A stretch of DNA of 64,000 nucleotides from assembly GCA_963836185.1 (NCBI GenBank), contig CAWIIQ010000001.1, forward strand, positions 1,184,001 through 1,248,000. The letters are read 5' to 3'. Under the pieces are notes generated by a model. It was not told the origin of the DNA and did no database searches. It saw only the letters and a list, made by a program, of their open reading frames with translations. The position numbers and the translations under genes were made by a program. This DNA comes from Candidatus Krumholzibacteriia bacterium. Lineage in GTDB: Bacteria > Krumholzibacteriota > Krumholzibacteriia > Krumholzibacteriales > Krumholzibacteriaceae. This document shows, in pieces, positions 22,413 through 34,131 of the stretch (the first letter of the stretch is position 1; every line of letters starts with the position of its first letter).

Positions 22413-24641
22413 ATGGTAAGGAGCAGATACCTGTATATAGCGGCTGCTGCCGTCATCGGCCTGATATCTATGGTCGCCGGCTGTTCGAATACAGTCTACA
22501 CGGGAGAGTACGAGAAGAACAAGGCGCCGGAGGTCTGGCTCTCGAGCGGTCCCGTCGAAGGGGACACGACCAGTTACCAGGTGCATTTCTACTGGGGCGG
22601 GTGGGACCCGGACGGGGAGATAGACCATTTTGAATTCATCGTGGCCGACGGAGATCCGATCGGATTCAATCCCGCGGACACTGTCGGGATCGAAAACTGG
22701 TTCATTACGACCTCCTACGACAGTGTGATCATGGTCTCGGCAAACGAGAACCCGAGACCGTTCGAACCGAATGAGCTATATACGAAATATGACAGGACTC
22801 ATACTTTCTTCATCCGCGGTGTTGATAAGCAGGGGAAGAAGTCCGAGGTCATAACGAGGTCGTTTACCGCGTGGACACTCGCGCCGTTCGCCCAGATAAC
22901 ACATCCCGAAGGCTCGGTCAGGACATACAGCAATGTCATAACCTTCCGCTGGGAGGGAAGGGACCCCATCGACAGCCCTTCAAACTACCAGCATCCGGAC
23001 TCGATCAGGACGTTATGGTCTCAGGTGGTCACCCATGAAGGCATTTACGATCCATCTTTCAATATAATCTATGACCTCAACCAGAATCCGGAGTGGTACG
23101 AATCCCTCTGGAGCCCCTGGATCTGGTACAGAGCCGAAGGTGATTCGGGAACCATGACGATTCTGGGTGACGACGAGATCCTCGAGATGAATCACTCGCA
23201 CATCTTCGCGGTACAGGCCAAGGATGAGGCCGGGGCCGTGACGGCGGTCTTCAGAAGTAACCAGAATGTCAGGCAGTTTCTTGTCTCCAAGAAACAGGGG
23301 CCGTTGCTGACGATCACAGAGCCGTTTCTCGGGGGATACAAGTTCCTCGGCCTTATTCTCAATGCAGTACAGGTCGAGCTTCCCCCTGGTGTCGAACTTA
23401 ACTTCTGCTGGACGGCTGATGCGAGCAGTTACGGTGGAGAGATCAAAAGCTTCAGGTATGGATGGGACATCCAGCAACTGGACGATCCTACCCAGTGGGC
23501 AGTCGATCCGAGTCCCTTCCACAGATGTGCCGCTCCCAGGACCTGGTACAGCGGCATTCACACATTATACGTAGAGGCAGTCGACACGGGCAACAAGGTG
23601 ACTCTGGGAAGGATCGAGGTAGAGGTCATACCGTTTTCGATGGAGAGGACTCTCCTCTGGGTCGATGACTGGGCGCTGGGAGATTATCCTCTGCCCAACA
23701 TGATGCTTCCCGACGAGGATACTCACGATGAATTCTGGACCGATATCTGCTCCAAGGACCCGGCGTTCATACCAGCCAGAGATATCTATGACTGCAGTTC
23801 GTATAACAACCTCCCTCCGGAGATGCGTATAGTCGGCAGATACCAGAACATAATCTGGACGTACGGCAACTCCCAGGAAGGTGCGCTGCAGAATGTGATC
23901 AGGTTTGTCCCCGAATCCATGATCGGGGAGGGCACGACCGTTCTAGTAAATTATCTGGCTTTATTTCTCCTGAGGGGCGGTCATCTCTGGACCAGCGGAA
24001 GATCGGATCTCGCGTCGGGCGGCCTCGCGGTCACGTTCACCCGGGCTCCCCAGTATCCGGCATCCTTCAAGTTCGACCAGGCGGCTGTTGAGTCCGACAC
24101 GAGCGGCGTGGACTGCATGGCGTACAGGGATTTCTGCCTGTCGGTGATCGATAAGGTGGTAGGCACTTTCCGTACGGGCTTTGAGATGCCTGTGCGAAGG
24201 CTTGATCAGGACGCGCTGAGCTATTGTGTGATCGATCCTGACAGTGCGACTAACGCAAATTATCCGGGACTTCCTTCCAAACTTACCCTGAGTGAAGAAG
24301 TGACGCAGCCGGGGATGTTCTTCGATCCGATGCTGAGAGGATTCCATTACGTCGAGATATACGATCCGTCCTACTGGATCGAGACAAGAGGGATAAATCA
24401 GCAGGGATGCTTCCATCCGATGTACAGGATGAGGACGCGCAACACGAGATCGCCTCTCGATGAGGAGACAGTCGCGATCTGGATAGACAAGTACTCATAT
24501 GTGATTCCCGAGGGGGCCGGGCCGCCGGCCAAGGCGGCCAGCAGTGTTCACTTCGGCCTGCCTTTATGGTTCTTCAGGCATGCGGCAGTCGATTCTATCG
24601 CCAATGTCGTATTCGAGGAGTGGGGCCTGACCGGAGAGTAG
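22413..24641 (+). CDS. Lipoprotein with beta-rich (FN3/Ig-like) modules, function unknown
   Basis: Lipobox 'VAGC'. Recurrent 'F.W.G.DPD...H.F.V.A.D..G' modules. Confidence 0.75.
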   Translation: MVRSRYLYIAAAAVIGLISMVAGCSNTVYTGEYEKNKAPEVWLSSGPVEGDTTSYQVHFYWGGWDPDGEIDHFEFIVADGDPIGFNPADTVGIENWFITTSYDSVIMVSANENPRPFEPNELYTKYDRTHTFFIRGVDKQGKKSEVITRSFTAWTLAPFAQITHPEGSVRTYSNVITFRWEGRDPIDSPSNYQHPDSIRTLWSQVVTHEGIYDPSFNIIYDLNQNPEWYESLWSPWIWYRAEGDSGTMTILGDDEILEMNHSHIFAVQAKDEAGAVTAVFRSNQNVRQFLVSKKQGPLLTITEPFLGGYKFLGLILNAVQVELPPGVELNFCWTADASSYGGEIKSFRYGWDIQQLDDPTQWAVDPSPFHRCAAPRTWYSGIHTLYVEAVDTGNKVTLGRIEVEVIPFSMERTLLWVDDWALGDYPLPNMMLPDEDTHDEFWTDICSKDPAFIPARDIYDCSSYNNLPPEMRIVGRYQNIIWTYGNSQEGALQNVIRFVPESMIGEGTTVLVNYLALFLLRGGHLWTSGRSDLASGGLAVTFTRAPQYPASFKFDQAAVESDTSGVDCMAYRDFCLSVIDKVVGTFRTGFEMPVRRLDQDALSYCVIDPDSATNANYPGLPSKLTLSEEVTQPGMFFDPMLRGFHYVEIYDPSYWIETRGINQQGCFHPMYRMRTRNTRSPLDEETVAIWIDKYSYVIPEGAGPPAKAASSVHFGLPLWFFRHAAVDSIANVVFEEWGLTGE

Positions 24642-24644
24642 GGG

Positions 24645-26612
24645 ATGGACTTCCGGATGCATCCATTTTTCAGGATGACTCGTAAAAGATCTGAAGACCG
24701 GGAGCGCTCCTCCCGGTCTTGTTTCTCCATGTATCTTCCATTGCTGCTCATCTGTCTCGCTGTTGTGGCGGGACCCGCATACGGGGATGCTGTCCTGACT
24801 GTCAACATCACAGACGCTGACAGCGGAGACCCGGTCGCCGCCAGATGCAGCGTTTTCGACAGTCTCGGTCAGAGCTGGTATCCCTATATCTACAGGTCGC
24901 TCTACCACACGTATGAAGAGGGGTACTTCTACGGAGACGGGGATTTCGCCCTGTCGGTCCCGGGGGGGAGGACGATCATCAGGATCGCCAGGGGGCCCGA
25001 ATACTATCCTCTCATCGATACGCTCATGATCTATGGAGACACGACTGTGACCCGCAGCATAGAGAGGTTTGTCGATATGAGAGGGGCGGGATGGTACAGC
25101 GGTGACGTGGAGGTCCATATAGACCATATCGGAGGGCTCTTCAACCTCGACCCGGCGGACGCGCACTGGATCGGACGGGCGGAGGACCTGCATTTTGTGA
25201 ACTGCCTCGACAACGGATTTTACTTCACGGGCGAAAAGGACACGGTCAGTACGGAGGATTGTGTCGTCTACATGTCCGAGGAACTGCGAAGCTTTGTCTA
25301 CGGGCATTGCGCGCTGCCGGGACTTAAAAGACTGATCGAGCCCTTCTCTCCAGGCTGGGCAACTCTCCTTATGGATGTCGCGGATTCGGTTCACGTTCAG
25401 GTTGGCCCGCTGATGATATGTTCCCACCCCGTCACGACGGACGACTTCTATCAGATCGAGGACTGGCCGGGATCCGGACTCGGCAGGGAACTGCCTGTCG
25501 ACGTGATCAGCGGGAGGGTAGACGCGCTGGAGGTGATGAGCTACTCGAACCTCAACGGCGGTATCGAGCTTGATATGTGGTACAAGCTTCTCAATTGCGG
25601 ATTCAGGATGCCTCCCTGCGCCGGCAGTGACGCCGCGGTGAACAGGTCCGGTGACGCGCCGATGGGCGGATTCAGGGTCTATGTCGAACATGAAGGGGGC
25701 GCGCCCGATATCTACCAGTGGCTCGACGGGATGGCGGCCGGGAGGGCCTTTGTCACGAATGGCCCCCTGTTTACCGAGTTCGACATGCTCGGATCATGGG
25801 GGATGGGAGACAGCCTCGATGTCTACAGGAATACCTACAAGATCGTCCTCGATGTCACGGCGGAATGCGCATTTCCAATGGACCGGGTCGATATAGTAAT
25901 GAACGGAAGGGTCGTAGATACGATCCTTCCGGATGGGGACTCCCGGGTCATATCTGGAAGGAGCAAATTCTTTATATACGAGAGCTGCTGGATAGCAGCC
26001 ATGGCCTCCGGTCCGGCAGGGGACTGGGTGACTATAGGTGATGAATTGTTTGCCCATACGGGTCCGTTCTATTTCGACTATGACGGCGAGCATGTCTGCC
26101 GGACCGAATCGGTCATCTTTTTCGCGGAGTGGGTCGATTCGCTTATCGCGCTTACCCTCGAGAAGGGGGAGTGGGTGGATCCAGGCGATTCGATCAGTGC
26201 TCTGGAAAGACTGATCGCGGCGAGGGAGTGGTACCTGAACCTCCTCGGCATCACTACAGGTACGGAAGAGATTTCAGCGGGTGCGGTTCCAGCAGCCCCT
26301 GTGATGATTGTCCATCCAAATCCTTTTTCTGATTCTGCCGAGATCAGTTTTGAGGCGGTTCCCGATCTGGAAGCTGGAGGAGGCGCGTCGATGTCGCCTT
26401 CAGCCGATGCTGCCGGAAAGGAATTGACCATATACGATCTCTCCGGCAGGACGGTCAGGAGATTGAGCATCGGCGCGGCAGCTTCAGGACGATATTCGGT
26501 GACCTGGGACGGGCGAAACGATGCCGGCAAGGAGGCTGCGAGCGGGATCTATTTCTGCCGTTTCAGAAACGGTTCGGCCGGGTCTTCGGCCAAAATGCTG
26601 CTCATCCGGTAA
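24645..26612 (+). CDS. CehA/McbA-family (PHP-like) metallohydrolase with C-terminal FlgD-Ig domain; true start may be 24729
   Basis: 'ARGPEY', 'GWYSGDVEVH', 'WYKLLNCGFR..PCAGSD', 'GRAFVTNGP', 'FAHTGP'. C-terminus 'PNPF...WDGRN..G...ASGIYF...KMLLIR'. Confidence 0.8.
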   Translation: MDFRMHPFFRMTRKRSEDRERSSRSCFSMYLPLLLICLAVVAGPAYGDAVLTVNITDADSGDPVAARCSVFDSLGQSWYPYIYRSLYHTYEEGYFYGDGDFALSVPGGRTIIRIARGPEYYPLIDTLMIYGDTTVTRSIERFVDMRGAGWYSGDVEVHIDHIGGLFNLDPADAHWIGRAEDLHFVNCLDNGFYFTGEKDTVSTEDCVVYMSEELRSFVYGHCALPGLKRLIEPFSPGWATLLMDVADSVHVQVGPLMICSHPVTTDDFYQIEDWPGSGLGRELPVDVISGRVDALEVMSYSNLNGGIELDMWYKLLNCGFRMPPCAGSDAAVNRSGDAPMGGFRVYVEHEGGAPDIYQWLDGMAAGRAFVTNGPLFTEFDMLGSWGMGDSLDVYRNTYKIVLDVTAECAFPMDRVDIVMNGRVVDTILPDGDSRVISGRSKFFIYESCWIAAMASGPAGDWVTIGDELFAHTGPFYFDYDGEHVCRTESVIFFAEWVDSLIALTLEKGEWVDPGDSISALERLIAAREWYLNLLGITTGTEEISAGAVPAAPVMIVHPNPFSDSAEISFEAVPDLEAGGGASMSPSADAAGKELTIYDLSGRTVRRLSIGAAASGRYSVTWDGRNDAGKEAASGIYFCRFRNGSAGSSAKMLLIR

Positions 26613-26648
26613 TACCGTCCCTGAATTCTTCAGTTAAAGCTGTAAACG

Positions 26649-26684
26649 AAAAAAACGGCCCCGGCTTTCGCCGGAACCGTTTCT
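26649..26684 (-). terminator. Rho-independent terminator after the tRNA
   Basis: Minus strand AAACGGTTCCGGC-GAAA-GCCGGGGCCGTTTTTTT. Confidence 0.75.
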
Positions 26685-26686
26685 AT

Positions 26687-26763
<77 letters not shown>

Positions 26764-26777
26764 TCATTTCCTGCTGA

Positions 26778-26806
26778 ATATTATGGATTTACGTCTCCGT
26801 TGTCAA
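26778..26806 (-). promoter_or_regulatory. Sigma-70-type promoter for the tRNA, inside the ftsB 3' end
   Basis: TTGACA-N17-TAATAT on the minus strand. Confidence 0.65.
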
Positions 26807-27182
26807 GCACGGTCGGTACTTTGTCTCCGTTTTTATTTGCGGGGGACACCGTGACTATTCTGTAAACTCTATCGCCCGGCCTCATATAACCGAATTTTTC
26901 CCTGGCTACCTTCTCGATTGCGAACGGGTCGTTCTCGAGTTCCGTGATGTTATTGCGCAGGTATGAAATATCACCCATGAGGATATTGTTCTCGGCTTCG
27001 AGGTCCTGGAGAGTCTTCTGTGCCTTCCAGAGGTTCCAGAGCCCCACGTCTCCTGCGATGAAGATCGCAGCGACAAGTACGATCAGACCAATGACCAGTA
27101 TCCTTGCCACACCCGGGCTTACATCGATCGTCGACCGGTGGATCCTCAGATACTTTTCACCCTGTCCCCATAGACTTTTCAT
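26781..27182 (-). CDS. ftsB: Septum formation initiator FtsB/DivIC
   Basis: TM helix, coiled coil, 'IEKVAREKFGYMRPGD'; canonical position downstream of eno. Confidence 0.88.
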   Translation of the reverse strand: MKSLWGQGEKYLRIHRSTIDVSPGVARILVIGLIVLVAAIFIAGDVGLWNLWKAQKTLQDLEAENNILMGDISYLRNNITELENDPFAIEKVAREKFGYMRPGDRVYRIVTVSPANKNGDKVPTVLDNGDVNP

Positions 27183-27204
27183 GACATCCCTCTAAACATT
27201 CGTC

Positions 27205-28588
<1,384 letters not shown>

Positions 28589-28747
28589 GATAAATTCTTT
28601 TCCAGCAGGAATACCTCGGAACCCGGAACCTTTTCAAATGAGATACTTTACAAGAATTGACTTTTACCGAAACTCGAGATGCTGTTATCCTTCGCGCGAC
28701 CCGGCCTGAGAAGTCAGGAATAATTATTAAAATGATTTAACACCGGG

Positions 28748-28774
28748 TGAAACATTTTTTTACCTGTTTCCGTA
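28748..28774 (+). promoter_or_regulatory. ECF (SigW-like) autoregulatory promoter
   Basis: TGAAAC-N17-CGTA just upstream of the ECF sigma gene. The B. subtilis SigW consensus is TGAAAC-N16-CGTA, and the spacer here contains a T homopolymer. Confidence 0.6.
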
Positions 28775-28789
28775 GTCAGGGTGTAGACA

Positions 28790-29395
28790 GTGAGTCGGGA
28801 AGACGCACAACTGGTCAAGAGATGCCTGAGAGGAGATGAGAAGGGTTTTGAAGAACTTCTCGCGAAATACAGGAGACCGGTCTATAGCATCTGCATGCGG
28901 ATGGTCAGGAACGAGACGGATGCCGAGGACCTTGCTCAGGAAGTCTTTATCCGGACGTTCAATGTGCTCGACAGGTACAACCCTTCGTATCCTTTTTCGA
29001 GCTGGCTATACAGGATCACTTCGAACCTGTGCATCGATTTTATCCGCAAGCGCAGAAAAGGCATCGTATCTCTGGATGAGCCTGTATCTGGCGAAGAGGG
29101 CGACATGCCCCGTCAGATCGCTTCCGATACCGGCGACCCGGAGAGAGAGCTTCAGACTAGGGAGATGATGGCAGTGCTGGAAGAAGCTGTGAGTGCCCTG
29201 CCCGAACATTACCGGATCATCGTGATCCTCCGGCACCAGGAGCAGCTCTCGTACGAGGAGATCTCAGACAATCTCGGGATCCCTCTCGGCACGGTCAAGG
29301 CTCGGATACACAGGGCGAGGAATCTTATCAAAGGATTCTTTGCCGACAAAGGGATACTCGGCGAGGCCGGTAGTACAGGAGTTGATCTGCCATGA
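28790..29395 (+). CDS. ECF RNA polymerase sigma factor (SigW/RpoE-like)
   Basis: 'DAEDLAQEVF', 'FSSWLYRI', 'LSYEEIS..LGIPLGTVKARIHRAR'. Confidence 0.95.
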   Translation: MSREDAQLVKRCLRGDEKGFEELLAKYRRPVYSICMRMVRNETDAEDLAQEVFIRTFNVLDRYNPSYPFSSWLYRITSNLCIDFIRKRRKGIVSLDEPVSGEEGDMPRQIASDTGDPERELQTREMMAVLEEAVSALPEHYRIIVILRHQEQLSYEEISDNLGIPLGTVKARIHRARNLIKGFFADKGILGEAGSTGVDLP

Positions 29396-30525
29396 AGAAT
29401 AAAACGGCAGGAAAAGCAGCGATGAATAAAGCGAAGACGGCCAGAGTGGCGATTACCATGGGAGCGGCCCTGATGGCAGCGATCCTCGTTGGATCGGCCG
29501 CGGTCGAGGGAGCCAGCTACAAACATGAAGAGGCAGTCTCCAAATCGATCTCCCTGGAGGGGGCGAAACGGCTCATCATCGAGAGCCTCAGCGGTGACAT
29601 CATCATCACTGGTGAAGAAGGCCGCGAGTCTATCGAGTTGAAGATAGTCAAGGTCGTCAGGGCCGAGGACGAGGAGACGGCGAGGAAGATCGCTGAGAGC
29701 ATGGGTGTCGTGGTCACCAGGCCCGAAGAGACTATAATGATCGAGACGCGTTACCCCAAGAAGGGTAAGGTAAAAAAGAGCATATTCTCCATATGGTTCG
29801 AACGGGGCCAGTCGATGAGCATATCGATGACGCTTACCGTTCCTGCCGGATTGATGATAGAAACAGCTTCGGCCAGCGGAGACGTTGAGGTCGGCCGTAT
29901 CCAGGCGGATGTGGCTGCTTCCACTGCCAGCGGGGATCTTGTGATCAGGGATATTGACGGTGATGTGGAGGCGAATGTAGCCAGTGGAGACATCGAGGTC
30001 GATGATGTGACGGGCTCTGTGGTGCTGAGCAGTGCGGCCGGCAGTATTGTCGTCAGGAACGTAGGAGGCGACGCAGAGATAAGAGTCGCCACCGGCGATA
30101 CGGAGATCACGGCGGTCGGAGGCTCGCTCGAGCTGAGCACCTATACGGGGGATTCGGTCATCGATGGTGTAGGCGCCGTCATCTACGAGGGAATAAGTGG
30201 ATCCGCCAGATTCGTCGATGTAAGGGGCGCTGTGGAAGCCTCCGCGGCGAGCGGTGATCTCAACTTCAGGGTGGCCCCTGAAGGATTGTTCGATTACAGC
30301 ATCACGACATCGAGTGGAAATGTCGCACTCCGTTTCCTCACGGTTATGGAGGGCGGATATATATTGAAGGCCGCGACGACCTCCGGAGAGATCACCGCGC
30401 GCCTGCCGATTACCGTTACAAAGGTTGATAGAAACCGGATCGCCGGAATAGTCAGGGACGGTCGAGCGAAGGTCTTCCTGGAGACGTCCGGTGGCAATAT
30501 CACTATAGAAGAGCCAGAGGAATAG
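29392..30525 (+). CDS. DUF4097-family beta-strand repeat protein, exported
   Basis: Signal peptide and repeated 'TASGD/ASGDI/TSSGN/TTSGE/TSGGN' units. Confidence 0.85.
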   Translation: MKNKTAGKAAMNKAKTARVAITMGAALMAAILVGSAAVEGASYKHEEAVSKSISLEGAKRLIIESLSGDIIITGEEGRESIELKIVKVVRAEDEETARKIAESMGVVVTRPEETIMIETRYPKKGKVKKSIFSIWFERGQSMSISMTLTVPAGLMIETASASGDVEVGRIQADVAASTASGDLVIRDIDGDVEANVASGDIEVDDVTGSVVLSSAAGSIVVRNVGGDAEIRVATGDTEITAVGGSLELSTYTGDSVIDGVGAVIYEGISGSARFVDVRGAVEASAASGDLNFRVAPEGLFDYSITTSSGNVALRFLTVMEGGYILKAATTSGEITARLPITVTKVDRNRIAGIVRDGRAKVFLETSGGNITIEEPEE

Positions 30526-30597
30526 AGGAGCTCGAGGAGTTATGGTGAGTGAGGAGTTGAGGGGCATGAGGAGTAGAAGAGCTCAAGGAGAAGGATC
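30516..30597 (+). repeat. Degenerate 8-9 bp tandem GAGGAG-like repeats
   Basis: GAGGAATA GAGGAGCTC GAGGAGTT ... GAGGAGTT GAGGGGCAT GAGGAGTA GAAGAGCTC AAGGAG. Confidence 0.6.
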
Positions 30598-31245
30598 ATG
30601 AACTGCCGGCATTTCGAGATGCTGATTCAGAAATACCACGATGGTGAGCTTGGCGCCGCCGAAAGGGCGGAGTACGAGAACCACCTCGCGACCTGTCCAT
30701 CCTGCATGGAACTGCACGTGCAGTTCGTCACGGTGTTCGGGGCTCTCGACGAGATACCACTTGTCGAGCCGTCTCTCGGATTCGACTCCAGTGTGATGGC
30801 AAGGGTCGACGTGGCGAGATACAGGAAAAGCGCGGCCAGCCGGGCCGGTGCTGCGGTCAGAAGCGGATGGGACAGGATCCCGTTCCCCGCCAGGGTCGCA
30901 GCCGGGATCGCGGCTGTATTCGGGCTGTTCGTCGCCGTATATACGCCCATGATAGGAATGATCATTACCGGGGCAGGCAAAGCCGCCACCGTGGTCGGCT
31001 CAGGATTGTACCTGGCCAGGCGTGTCATAGAGGACCCTTCCGCGATAGGAAACTATCTCGCGACAACAACGAATTACAGGCTGGCGGGCAGGATCCTGCT
31101 CGAGACCTTTGAAAAACAGGTATCCGGCATCCAGCTGTCCCATCTGGTGATAGCAGGACTTTCAGCAGCAGTATTGGTCATACTGGTAGTAAGGGCGACT
31201 CGTGTCGTCTGGAGCAAGGGAGAAACCAATGTCAGCATTATTTAG
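30598..31245 (+). CDS. Zinc-finger (zf-HC2) transmembrane anti-sigma factor
   Basis: 'MNC...YHDGEL...HLATCPSC' (HxxxCxxC) followed by TM segments. Confidence 0.9.
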   Translation: MNCRHFEMLIQKYHDGELGAAERAEYENHLATCPSCMELHVQFVTVFGALDEIPLVEPSLGFDSSVMARVDVARYRKSAASRAGAAVRSGWDRIPFPARVAAGIAAVFGLFVAVYTPMIGMIITGAGKAATVVGSGLYLARRVIEDPSAIGNYLATTTNYRLAGRILLETFEKQVSGIQLSHLVIAGLSAAVLVILVVRATRVVWSKGETNVSII

Positions 31246-32644
31246 CGCGATAGTGGTGAAGGCCGCTGTATTTGTCATCTCGCTTCTCCTGGCCGTGCCC
31301 GGACCGACCAGCGTCAGCACCAAAAAAGCGCGCGTACCCTTCAAGGTCGTGAGCACAAAGTCCGTTAGTGAAGCCCAGGAAAAGGAGTCGACCGATACGA
31401 CGAAGGCGGACAAAACTGCGAAGCCCGCGAAAGCAGAGCCCGCGGCTCAGACTGCGCCGAAGCCGCCTAAAGAGAAGAAACAGACGGTCAAGATATCGAT
31501 TTCCGACGAGGGTATTAAAGTCGGAAGCAAGGAAGGCGAGGAAAGGGTCATCCTGGAACTTGAAGCCCAGGAGTTGGGCCGGGCACTGGATGATCTTGAG
31601 TACGATCTTGAGATGATGAAGGACCTGCCAGAATCTATATCGGTCATGCTGTTCGAGGATGACGACAGGGCGTATGTGAAGGTCAGGGGCCGGGATGTCG
31701 TACGGTTCGGTGAAGACATCCATATCGGTGAGCATGAACTGGTGCAGGGCGATGTAGTCGCCATAGGCGGGGATATAGTCATCGAGGGAAAGGTCCGCGG
31801 CAACGTGGTCAATGTCTTCGGAGATACTGAACTCCACGGAACAGCCGTCATCAATGGTGACGTCGTCACCGTGATGGGTGAACTGAACGAGTACCACAAT
31901 CCACGTGTCAGAGGAGAGACGGTCAGTGTGGCCGGAGGAGCTCCCAATATTCAGCTTCCGTTCCTGAACTATGATACGGGGAACCTGTGGGGCGTAGTTA
32001 CCAGGGTTGTCAAGTTCGTCATATTTACACTTCTGCTTCTGATGATCATCTACTTCCTGCCCGACCGTACGAGGATCTCTTCCGACCATGTGTTCGGATC
32101 GTTCTTCAAATCGCTCGGCGTAGGTGTTCTGGTGCTTCTGGTCGGATCGGTGGTAGTGCTCATCCTCGGGGTGGTCCTGAGCATCACTATCATCGGAATA
32201 CCGGTGGCTCTGCTGCTGGTCCTTTCCTACGGAGCGCTTCTGCTGCTGGGATACTTTGTCAGTGCTCTCGCACTGGGCAGGATCCTCTGCAAGAAATTCG
32301 GGCCGGAAGGTGCGTCGTCGTTCCTGTGCGGCTTCATGGGACTGTTCCTCATCACTCTGCCGGGCTTCATCGCGGCCATGATGTGGGTCGTACCGTTCCT
32401 GGCGCCGATACAGCTCCTGCTGAAGACGATCGCCGTGTTTGTCACCTTCCTCACGGTGACTCTCGGCTCCGGGGCCCTGATCATCTCCAAGGCCGGCACG
32501 TTGTCGCTCGAGCGCCCCGAAGTGCCTGAGCTTCCCGATGCGGCGGCGGTACATGTCGGTCCGGCCGTGACCGACGATCCTGTTGTTCCGGGCGCGACCG
32601 ATGAACCAGATGCGCCTGAATGGCCGGGGCCGGACGAAGAGTAA
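31229..32644 (+). CDS. Membrane protein with bactofilin-like beta-helix repeats and 5-6 C-terminal TM helices
   Basis: 'GDVVAIGGDIVIEGKVRGNVVNVFGD...INGDVVTVMG', 'LSITIIGIPVA'. Confidence 0.75.
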   Translation: MSALFSAIVVKAAVFVISLLLAVPGPTSVSTKKARVPFKVVSTKSVSEAQEKESTDTTKADKTAKPAKAEPAAQTAPKPPKEKKQTVKISISDEGIKVGSKEGEERVILELEAQELGRALDDLEYDLEMMKDLPESISVMLFEDDDRAYVKVRGRDVVRFGEDIHIGEHELVQGDVVAIGGDIVIEGKVRGNVVNVFGDTELHGTAVINGDVVTVMGELNEYHNPRVRGETVSVAGGAPNIQLPFLNYDTGNLWGVVTRVVKFVIFTLLLLMIIYFLPDRTRISSDHVFGSFFKSLGVGVLVLLVGSVVVLILGVVLSITIIGIPVALLLVLSYGALLLLGYFVSALALGRILCKKFGPEGASSFLCGFMGLFLITLPGFIAAMMWVVPFLAPIQLLLKTIAVFVTFLTVTLGSGALIISKAGTLSLERPEVPELPDAAAVHVGPAVTDDPVVPGATDEPDAPEWPGPDEE

Positions 32645-32745
32645 TCCCGGGTTAGCGCTTTACTATTTTCCCGAGAATTGTTATTATACGGGGAGACCTC
32701 AATCCGTAATTCCCCGTATATACGGGAGTCTGGAGCGCCCCCACA

Positions 32746-34131
32746 TTGCCTGGCATATTCCGTAAGCTATATCTACTGTCGGCATTGATCATCCTGGCTG
32801 CGGCATTATATGGTGAACAAGCCGTAGCTGGTGGTGCGTTTGCTTCGAGGATGTCGGCTGTCGACGCTTCCCGTGAGGCGCTGGAGGTCGAGGTCAGTCC
32901 TTTCCGGGGCAGCATCGTCGATGAGATCATCGTCACGGGTAACACCCATACGAAACGCTGGACTATCATCCGCGAGATGGCTACGAAAGAAGGCGAGCAT
33001 CTCGACGAGCATATCCTATACAGGGACCACTCCTACCTGCGCGGGCTGGGATTTTTCTCAGAAGTCAATATCACGATCGACGAGACATCCGCCGGACACT
33101 GCAATATTATTGTAGAGGTATCGGAACGTCCCGACCTTTTCATGAAGTATCCTTTGCCATTAATCAATTACGACATGACCAAAGGCGTGAGCTACGGAAT
33201 CCGCTGGAAGGTCAGGAACTTCAAGGGAACAGGACAGGAACTGTTCGCCGCGGTCGAAAAGAGGAGAGGGCACGAGCAGGGGGGAAGCGTCTCCTGGAGC
33301 ATGCCGTGGGTCGGTAGCTACAGGATGAGGCTGAGCTTCCAGGGATTCACCCATCAGAAGCTCACCGTCCCCGAGAAAGCCGATTTTGTGAAGGAAAGAC
33401 ACGGCGGCGGGGTGATGATGGGATTCCCGCTGACACGCAGCCTTCTGCGCCAGGTATGGATCATGCCCGACATCGTTGTCGAGAACAGGCATTCAAGGTT
33501 CAGTATCGATGGTCCGCCGAACCAGAACGGCGACTTATTCAATCAGCTCTTTCTGATAACTGGACTGTCGCTTACCTATGACAGCAGGGACAACCGCACT
33601 ACTCCTTTCAGCGGTATGTACGCGGGGGCCAGGGTACGCAGATATTCGAGCGTCAACGGTCTCAAACAGCAGTACTCGTCGATGTCGCTCCTCAGTTCAC
33701 TTTATATGCCTGTTCCCAGAGTTGGAACACTGATCCTCGCCTTTGCGGGAGATAACTGGGACGGGGATGTGCCCTGGTACAACAAGATGGGAATGGGAGG
33801 CATGAACGACCTCAGGGGATTCCCTGAGAGCGACGCCCGTGGCACCACAAGGCTGCTCTCGACTATCCAGTGGAGAAGGAATGTCTTCGGTCCGAATGTC
33901 TGGGATATCCCGTTGATAGGGAAATTCGATCTGGCGCTTAATACGATAGCTTTTGTCGACAACGGCGCGCTGATGAGCTCACTCGACATGGCGCCCAGTT
34001 CAAGTTTCCGTACGACAGCAGGTTTTGGTCTCGAGGTCATATCGCCTATTCAGAACCTGCTGAGATTCGAAGTCGCTTTTTCTGAGCAGGGAGCGCCTTC
34101 CTACTATATAGCCACGCGCAACAGGTTCTGA
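32746..34131 (+). CDS. Omp85 (BamA/TamA)-family protein with one POTRA domain
   Basis: POTRA 'IIVTGNTHTK...IIRE...LRGLGFFSEV', 'YDSRDN', 'LRGF', terminal Phe. Confidence 0.85.
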   Translation: MPGIFRKLYLLSALIILAAALYGEQAVAGGAFASRMSAVDASREALEVEVSPFRGSIVDEIIVTGNTHTKRWTIIREMATKEGEHLDEHILYRDHSYLRGLGFFSEVNITIDETSAGHCNIIVEVSERPDLFMKYPLPLINYDMTKGVSYGIRWKVRNFKGTGQELFAAVEKRRGHEQGGSVSWSMPWVGSYRMRLSFQGFTHQKLTVPEKADFVKERHGGGVMMGFPLTRSLLRQVWIMPDIVVENRHSRFSIDGPPNQNGDLFNQLFLITGLSLTYDSRDNRTTPFSGMYAGARVRRYSSVNGLKQQYSSMSLLSSLYMPVPRVGTLILAFAGDNWDGDVPWYNKMGMGGMNDLRGFPESDARGTTRLLSTIQWRRNVFGPNVWDIPLIGKFDLALNTIAFVDNGALMSSLDMAPSSSFRTTAGFGLEVISPIQNLLRFEVAFSEQGAPSYYIATRNRF

